This document shows positions 58,661 through 64,000 of a stretch of 64,000 nucleotides of DNA, piece after piece. Position numbers and translations under genes: made by a program. Numbering within the stretch: position 1 is the first letter of the stretch; the number at the start of each line of letters is the position of its first letter. Source of the stretch: an uncultured Candidatus Saccharibacteria bacterium (GTDB lineage Bacteria > Patescibacteriota > Dojkabacteria > SC72); the NCBI GenBank assembly GCA_964621195.1, contig CAZULJ010000001.1:97200-161199 (forward strand), given 5' to 3'. The notes under the pieces are model-generated. The model was given only the letters and a program-made list of their open reading frames with translations. It did no database searches and was not told where the DNA came from.

Positions 58661-59338
58661 CTACTTGATATCAACCCCACCAAAGGCTACACCACCTGTA
58701 ATTTCAAGTACAGGCTCTGCAACATCACTCTCCTCAACTTCAGGATTCCATCCACCAAACACTCCTGTACCATTCGTTTTAACTCTACAATCCTTAGGAA
58801 CAAATATCTCAACACCACCAAATGCACAGTTTACATGTAATTTTGCCCCTTCCTTTGCAATTTTTGCATCTCTAAGATCAATAGTGCTTCCACCAAATGC
58901 AACATTTATCTCTCCACCTTTGAAGTTTTTAGATTTTACTTTTTTATCTACACCCCAAAATACTACCGTCTCGGAAATTCGATCCTTATCTGTACTTGTA
59001 CTCTCTACTGTGTTAAGAGACACCCGATCTCTTTTGAAAAGAATTGAAAGACCAACAACAATAATTAAGACTGGCCATAAAACAGCAAAGAAATTCCAAC
59101 TAAAGAGGTTCGTTGAAAGGAACACTACACCAAGAACCAACATTATCATACCGCCATTGTTGTTGCCCTCCGTTAGAAGTTTTGCACCAAAGAAAATCAA
59201 TATCAAGGGCCAGAATGTCCAAATTAACTTCCAAAGGGATATTCCAAATCTTCCGAAGAAACCAGTCTGTTCAACCAAAAAGATTACACCAAGAAAAATC
59301 AGTAGTACACCTAGTATAAATCGAGAGCTATTTTTCAT
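58661..59338 (-). CDS. LiaF-like membrane protein (cell-wall antibiotic response domain)
   Basis: FWPLILIFFG TM repeats; GGEINVAFGGSTIDLR, CAFGGVEIFVP. Confidence 0.82.
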   Translation of the reverse strand: MKNSSRFILGVLLIFLGVIFLVEQTGFFGRFGISLWKLIWTFWPLILIFFGAKLLTEGNNNGGMIMLVLGVVFLSTNLFSWNFFAVLWPVLIIVVGLSILFKRDRVSLNTVESTSTDKDRISETVVFWGVDKKVKSKNFKGGEINVAFGGSTIDLRDAKIAKEGAKLHVNCAFGGVEIFVPKDCRVKTNGTGVFGGWNPEVEESDVAEPVLEITGGVAFGGVDIK

Positions 59339-59356
59339 ACTTATTTATAAAATAAA

Positions 59357-60355
59357 TTATTTTGTATTAATATCTAAAGAACCAACACCAACAGTTACAA
59401 CTATCAATACTTTCAGTTCTGCGGAGTTGTAATTTTCTGATTCATACGTTTTATCACCAATACCAACATTAGCAATCTCTTCTCCATCAATATTAATTGA
59501 TCCTAAACCAAGATCATACTCCAAAGTATATCCTACACCCTCTGGAAGTATTAATTCCATATCACCAGCACCAACCTCTAACGTTATCTTTTCAGTAGGT
59601 ATACTCCTCTCATCAAGTTTCACTACTAATTTTCCCGCACCTAAATCAGCTGACAACGAACCTAACAAAACTTCATCTAAATCTACAAGACCCTCTCCAG
59701 CACCTAAATTTATTTCAGCATCAGTCAGAACATCCTTACTACCCAATACTATGTTATACCTTGTATCTTCTCTTCCTGGCATATGAAAACCGGTAAATGA
59801 GCCACTACTAAATCCTACCTTCAATGAGTCACCACTCTTCTCACTATCAAGCACAGGTGCAGAGTATCTAGAGGGATACTTAGCCTGAACAGTAACGTAG
59901 TCAGACACATCAGAATCCGTTATCTCGAAGTATCCTGCACCAACATCAACATTTAACTCCCTTTTAGTAAAGTTCTCTTCATAATCGTTGAAAGATACAA
60001 CCATCTGTTTTTCAACCATATCCCCATAGGTAAAAGCCATACAGCCTCCCATAATACAATCATTTAGCCTATCAGGAAGGAAAGAAAGCCTACTCTGAGA
60101 ATATGATACATACGAGAAAACTCCTACAAATACAAAGACTACGAATGCAAGTATGGAAAGGAATATTTCTGAGAAAAGAGAGTCACCAAGTACAAGTTTA
60201 ATACCAGCAAGGATAATAAACACAGGCCAGAAGTTAAGGATATATGTCCATATACTCCAACTAATTGTACCTGTAGTATTGAGTAAAAATATAAGTCCAA
60301 TGAATATAAGAAAAATTGCCCAGACAACATCCTTTGATTTATATTTTTCCATCAT
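59357..60355 (-). CDS. LiaI/LiaF-like TM domain plus beta-repeat protein
   Basis: LIFLLNTTG...FWPVFIILAG; repeated (V/L)GAG beta units. Confidence 0.72.
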   Translation of the reverse strand: MMEKYKSKDVVWAIFLIFIGLIFLLNTTGTISWSIWTYILNFWPVFIILAGIKLVLGDSLFSEIFLSILAFVVFVFVGVFSYVSYSQSRLSFLPDRLNDCIMGGCMAFTYGDMVEKQMVVSFNDYEENFTKRELNVDVGAGYFEITDSDVSDYVTVQAKYPSRYSAPVLDSEKSGDSLKVGFSSGSFTGFHMPGREDTRYNIVLGSKDVLTDAEINLGAGEGLVDLDEVLLGSLSADLGAGKLVVKLDERSIPTEKITLEVGAGDMELILPEGVGYTLEYDLGLGSINIDGEEIANVGIGDKTYESENYNSAELKVLIVVTVGVGSLDINTK

Positions 60356-60369
60356 TAGTATAACTCAAA

Positions 60370-60681
60370 TTATTTCTTGCCCTTTGTATCAGAGCTTACA
60401 CTCTTTTTAATACCTTCTGCACCTTTCTCAATCTTCTCTTTAATCTCTTTTGTATTCTCCGAAATAACCTCATCAGAAGTCATATCAACAGCAGATTCGG
60501 TAGGTAGAACTATCCATAATATAAAATATGCTAATAGACCAGTACCACCATATATAACAATGAATACAAACAGTATTCTTACTATAGAGGGATCAATATT
60601 AAAATACTCTGCCAAACCGCCACAAACTCCCCCTATCATCCTATCCTTTTCTGATCTATATAATTTCTTTCCCATTTTCAA
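60370..60681 (-). CDS. PspC domain protein
   Basis: KKLYRSEKDRMIGGVCGGLAEYFNIDPSIVR. Confidence 0.93.
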   Translation of the reverse strand: MKMGKKLYRSEKDRMIGGVCGGLAEYFNIDPSIVRILFVFIVIYGGTGLLAYFILWIVLPTESAVDMTSDEVISENTKEIKEKIEKGAEGIKKSVSSDTKGKK

Positions 60682-60749
60682 ACATAATTAATTTATTTCT
60701 ATAACTCATTTTAATTCAAATATCTCAAAATGTTAATACTATTTACCGA

Positions 60750-60798
60750 TTGACATACCCACTTTTAAGAAATAACATATACCTACCACCTAGGTATA
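60750..60798 (+). promoter_or_regulatory. Sigma70 promoter with CsoR-type operator
   Basis: TTGACA (60750) - 17 nt - TAACAT (60773); inverted repeat TATACCTA-CCACC-TAGGTATA (60778-60798) upstream of an operon encoding CsoR. Confidence 0.75.
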
Positions 60799-60803
60799 AA
60801 AAT

Positions 60804-61205
60804 ATGAAAAACACACCCATTCTCATATCAATAATAATATCAACAACCCTCATAGGAATTACCTATCTCATAATTAGTAACGGAGACAAGTCAGAGGTAC
60901 TCTCTGAGCAGGAAAGCGTTGTAACATTTGAAAATGGCACACAAATAATCAATGTAAAGGCTACAAACCAAGGTTATTATCCTGAGAAGATTGAAGCTCA
61001 ATCAAACACCCCTACAATACTCAGAATGGAATCGGAGAATTCCTACGGATGTGAAAGATCTTTTAGAATACCCTCGTTAGACATCGTAGAAATCCTTCCG
61101 CAGGAGGGTACTACAGATATTGATTTAGGCTCCCCAGAAAAAGGAGAGAGTATTCTTGGTTCATGTAGTATGGGAATGTATACCTTTACAATAAATTTTA
61201 AGTAA
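60804..61205 (+). CDS. Cupredoxin-like domain protein
   Basis: YGC...IPSL...SCSMGMY; ATG start at 60804 preferred because the track's TTG start lies in the -35 box. Confidence 0.85.
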   Translation: MKNTPILISIIISTTLIGITYLIISNGDKSEVLSEQESVVTFENGTQIINVKATNQGYYPEKIEAQSNTPTILRMESENSYGCERSFRIPSLDIVEILPQEGTTDIDLGSPEKGESILGSCSMGMYTFTINFK

Positions 61206-61211
61206 TTACGA

Positions 61212-62222
61212 ATGAAAAGGGAAAATTACTATGTAGAAGGAATGCACTGTAAATCATGCGAGCTATATATTGAATCACAATTCAAAGATATAAAGGGAAT
61301 AAGGAATATTAAATCAAGTAGTAAGGATCTATCCTTGGAATTTGAGATTGAAGAGAGTGTTGATTCAGAAGAAGTAATAAGCCAGATAAATAAAAAGATT
61401 GAAGGTAGTGGTTACAATATAAAAACAAAAGTATTAGCAAAAGAAAGCGATTACAAAAACATACCACTAGCTCTGACAATCTCAATTTCATTTCTCGTAC
61501 TGTTTTTACTTTTACAAAAACTCTCTTTAGGACAAACACTCTTCTCAGAGGATCTTTCATATCCCACCGTTTTTGTAATAGGCATTGTAGCATCAATATC
61601 CTCATGTATGGCAGTTGTTGGTTCATTGGTACTATCAATATCTTCGGCGTATTCAAAGGAAGGTAGCTCAATAAAACCAATGGCTATTTTTCATATATCA
61701 AGAATCGTAGGCTTTTTTCTATTAGGAGGGATATTGGGTGTATTAGGTTCTTTAATAATCATATCAAAGGAAGTGGAGCTTTTAATTGGTATTTCCCTTT
61801 TCCTTTTTATGCTAGTCCTAGGCATTAACCTCCTAGATATAACTAACATATTTAAGAAGTTTGAGATAACTTTACCCAAATCTTTAACAAAAAAGCTTTT
61901 CACTAACGATACCGTAAGTCATATTCTTGCACCAGTTATAATTGGAATAGGGTCTTTCTTCCTACCGTGTGGGCTTACCCAATCTATGCAATTAAATGCT
62001 GTACTCTCCGGTAGTTTCTTGGAAGGAGCATTAGTTATGTTTGTTTTCTCATTGGGCACATTACCAGCACTCTTATTAATCTCTGCAGGAGCAAAAAAGA
62101 TCTCACAAAGTAACAACTCAGATCTATATCTTAAGGTAGCAGGATTTTTAGTAATTCTCTTTGCAATATACAATTTGCTTGGCACTTTAGTAGCAAATGG
62201 AGTAATATCTCCGATATTTTAG
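61212..62222 (+). CDS. Heavy-metal-associated domain plus DsbD_2/TauE-like membrane protein
   Basis: GMHCKSC; SSCMAVVG; FFLPCGLTQSMQ; FSLGTLP. Confidence 0.88.
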   Translation: MKRENYYVEGMHCKSCELYIESQFKDIKGIRNIKSSSKDLSLEFEIEESVDSEEVISQINKKIEGSGYNIKTKVLAKESDYKNIPLALTISISFLVLFLLLQKLSLGQTLFSEDLSYPTVFVIGIVASISSCMAVVGSLVLSISSAYSKEGSSIKPMAIFHISRIVGFFLLGGILGVLGSLIIISKEVELLIGISLFLFMLVLGINLLDITNIFKKFEITLPKSLTKKLFTNDTVSHILAPVIIGIGSFFLPCGLTQSMQLNAVLSGSFLEGALVMFVFSLGTLPALLLISAGAKKISQSNNSDLYLKVAGFLVILFAIYNLLGTLVANGVISPIF

Positions 62223-62237
62223 TTAAGAGGTAACAAG

Positions 62238-62501
62238 ATGGACAGAAAGGTTATTACTAATTTAAAAAAAGCACGTACCCTCATCGATACGATAATAGAA
62301 ATGCTTGAGAAAGAAGAGTATTGTATTAATGTTATGCAACAGAATCTCGCAGCGATTGGGTTACTTAAATCTGCAAATCAAAAATTAATGGAGAATCACC
62401 TTAAAACATGCTTCTCACAAGCTATCCACTCGGATGATAATAGAAAAAAAGATGATATGATAGAAGAGATATTAACAGTAACAAAACTTCTAAATAGATA
62501 A
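62238..62501 (+). CDS. CsoR/RcnR family metal-sensing repressor
   Basis: EMLEKEEYCINVMQQNLAA...LMENHLKTC. Confidence 0.9.
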   Translation: MDRKVITNLKKARTLIDTIIEMLEKEEYCINVMQQNLAAIGLLKSANQKLMENHLKTCFSQAIHSDDNRKKDDMIEEILTVTKLLNR

Positions 62502-62520
62502 TTTTAAATAAATACTATTT

Positions 62521-62793
62521 ATGCAAAGAGGAATACTCTTATTAACAAAAGATGAGTCTATTGCACTTTTAAACAACTTTGATATTAATAAGTACCCAAA
62601 TACACCACTTTTTAACAAACTCTCTTCATTAGAGAACGGGCATGCAGAGGGAACAGACTACCAAATATTGCTCTCTGAGGAGGAGGTAGAAACAATACTA
62701 GATGAAATAGGATGCCCGACATATATTGAGGGAGATCCATTTACTACTGCGATGAAGAAAATTTGTGACCTAATGTATTCATTCAGGGACTAA
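62521..62793 (+). CDS. Hypothetical protein
   Basis: 90-aa ORF downstream of the CsoR gene. Confidence 0.55.
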   Translation: MQRGILLLTKDESIALLNNFDINKYPNTPLFNKLSSLENGHAEGTDYQILLSEEEVETILDEIGCPTYIEGDPFTTAMKKICDLMYSFRD

Positions 62794-62797
62794 TCAC

Positions 62798-62868
62798 TTG
62801 CCGGACCTAGATTCGAACTAAGATTAACGGTTCCAGAGACCGTCGTCCTACCATTAGACGATCCGGCA
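62798..62868 (-). tRNA. tRNA-Gln(CTG)
   Basis: TGCCGGATCGTCTAATGG...ACGGT-CT-CTG-GA-ACCGT...TCCGGCA. Confidence 0.93.
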
Positions 62869-62892
62869 AAAACAAGCAATTATACTATATAC

Positions 62893-64000
62893 TTACAAAG
62901 AATTAATATACCCTTTCACTCTCTCCCTTACCCTATTTTCCCCCATAACCTGTATAACCTGATACAGATCAGGTGTTTGTTTTCTACCAGTAATTGCAAC
63001 TCGTACAATCATTGCTACGTCACCTATCTTACCCTTGTACTTCTTAGGATTCTTTTCATACTCCTTGTAATCAGCACAGAAACCTTTCTTTAAACCAATA
63101 TTTTTAATCTTTCCAAACCACTCTACAGAGGAATCTCCTATGTAAAACGTGTCTAAATATTCATTTAATATATCCTTTTGTAAATCATCACTAATATCTA
63201 AAGTATCCTTTGGCATATCTTTGTAGATATCATCAAAGAATATCTCCATTTGATGAGGAATATCCGACCACTTAACTATATCCTTTCTTATCTTCTCCCC
63301 CTCCCTTTCAATATTTAATATCTCTATACTGTAAACCTTGTGATTAGTAAGTTTTTCAAAAAGCTCTTGATCATACTCCTTGGCCCACTCAAGAGTATAT
63401 TCATATACCTGCCTTGCACTTAATCTTGATACATACTCCTTACATACATCATTTAGTTTCGTGATATCGAACAAAGCCCCCGCCTTGTTAAATCTTTCCA
63501 ACTTTAATTCAAATTCAAGAATATCCTTCTGAGGATTTTGTATTCTCCAATAAGAGAAATTTGAATTAGCAATATTCAAAAGATACTCCTTTACAGCCTC
63601 TATTGGAAAACCATTCTCTAAGTAAAAAGATACTGCTGCTTCTGGATCTTTCCTCTTACTCAACTTCCTCTTTCCCCCATCATCCATCTTCATCAAAGGT
63701 GATATATGAGCATATTGTAATTGCTCAAATCCCAAAGCTTTAAATATTTCCATATGCAAGGCTTGAGATGCAAACCACTCTTCACCTCTAGTCACATATG
63801 TAATACCCATCAATGTATCATCGATAGGGTGTGCGAAATGATATGTAGGTAAACCATCAGATTTAAGAAGTACCGCATCCATATCATTTTCAGAGATTGT
63901 AACACCACCTTTTATTAGGTCGATTGTATTTATTTTGTTTTGGATATTACCGTTAGAGTACAAACGAACAACAAAAGGAGCACCTTCGTTTAATTTTTCT
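62893..64000 (-). CDS. gltX: Glutamate--tRNA ligase (5'-partial, continues beyond the window)
   Basis: LLKSDGLPTYHFAHPIDD, VTRGEEW, KLSKR, RVAITG...TPDL. Confidence 0.93.
   Translation of the reverse strand, partial: EKLNEGAPFVVRLYSNGNIQNKINTIDLIKGGVTISENDMDAVLLKSDGLPTYHFAHPIDDTLMGITYVTRGEEWFASQALHMEIFKALGFEQLQYAHISPLMKMDDGGKRKLSKRKDPEAAVSFYLENGFPIEAVKEYLLNIANSNFSYWRIQNPQKDILEFELKLERFNKAGALFDITKLNDVCKEYVSRLSARQVYEYTLEWAKEYDQELFEKLTNHKVYSIEILNIEREGEKIRKDIVKWSDIPHQMEIFFDDIYKDMPKDTLDISDDLQKDILNEYLDTFYIGDSSVEWFGKIKNIGLKKGFCADYKEYEKNPKKYKGKIGDVAMIVRVAITGRKQTPDLYQVIQVMGENRVRERVKGYINSL

Noticed and set aside
58644-59432. 262-aa + strand ORF and many other antisense ORFs in the track
   Set aside because: They are shadows of well-supported genes on the opposite strand and show no recognisable motifs.
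1-64000. CRISPR array, rRNA, transposase, integrase or prophage genes
   Set aside because: No regularly spaced short repeats and no recognisable genes of these types were seen.

Overview
An AT-rich, compact bacterial chromosome segment in genetic code 11. Gene content suggests a CPR/Patescibacteria genome, possibly Dojkabacteria/WS6 (inference only). Most of the window is housekeeping: rplS, rplU, rpmA, gatABC, ileS, gltX, prfB, ftsQ-like/ftsA/ftsZ/rodA-ftsW, ftsEX plus an M23 peptidase, parAB, two gpmI paralogs, HelD, rnhB, ung, carD, a PspC/LiaF-like cluster, a CsoR metal operon and 10 tRNAs. The standout is 2355-6874, a tandem array of two small recombinase-less cassettes at the 3' end of tRNA-Gly(TCC). 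Each is bounded by the 9-bp core TGGAGCGGG and shares a ~350-bp module (small ORF plus palindrome-rich arm) and an orphan protein tail (WSGALEEVRTAIE...) that begins at the core. Their cargo differs: one carries a T-box-regulated LeuRS lacking the CP1 editing domain, the other an HD plus HAD phosphatase pair. Other oddities are short-Stem-I T-box riboswitches with terminators, a circularly permuted M23 peptidase, an Lgt-PAP2 fusion, a Lys/Arg-free acidic ORF overlapping ung, and two interrupted genes flanking tRNA-Asn. All calls come from reading the sequence by eye; no database searches were run.
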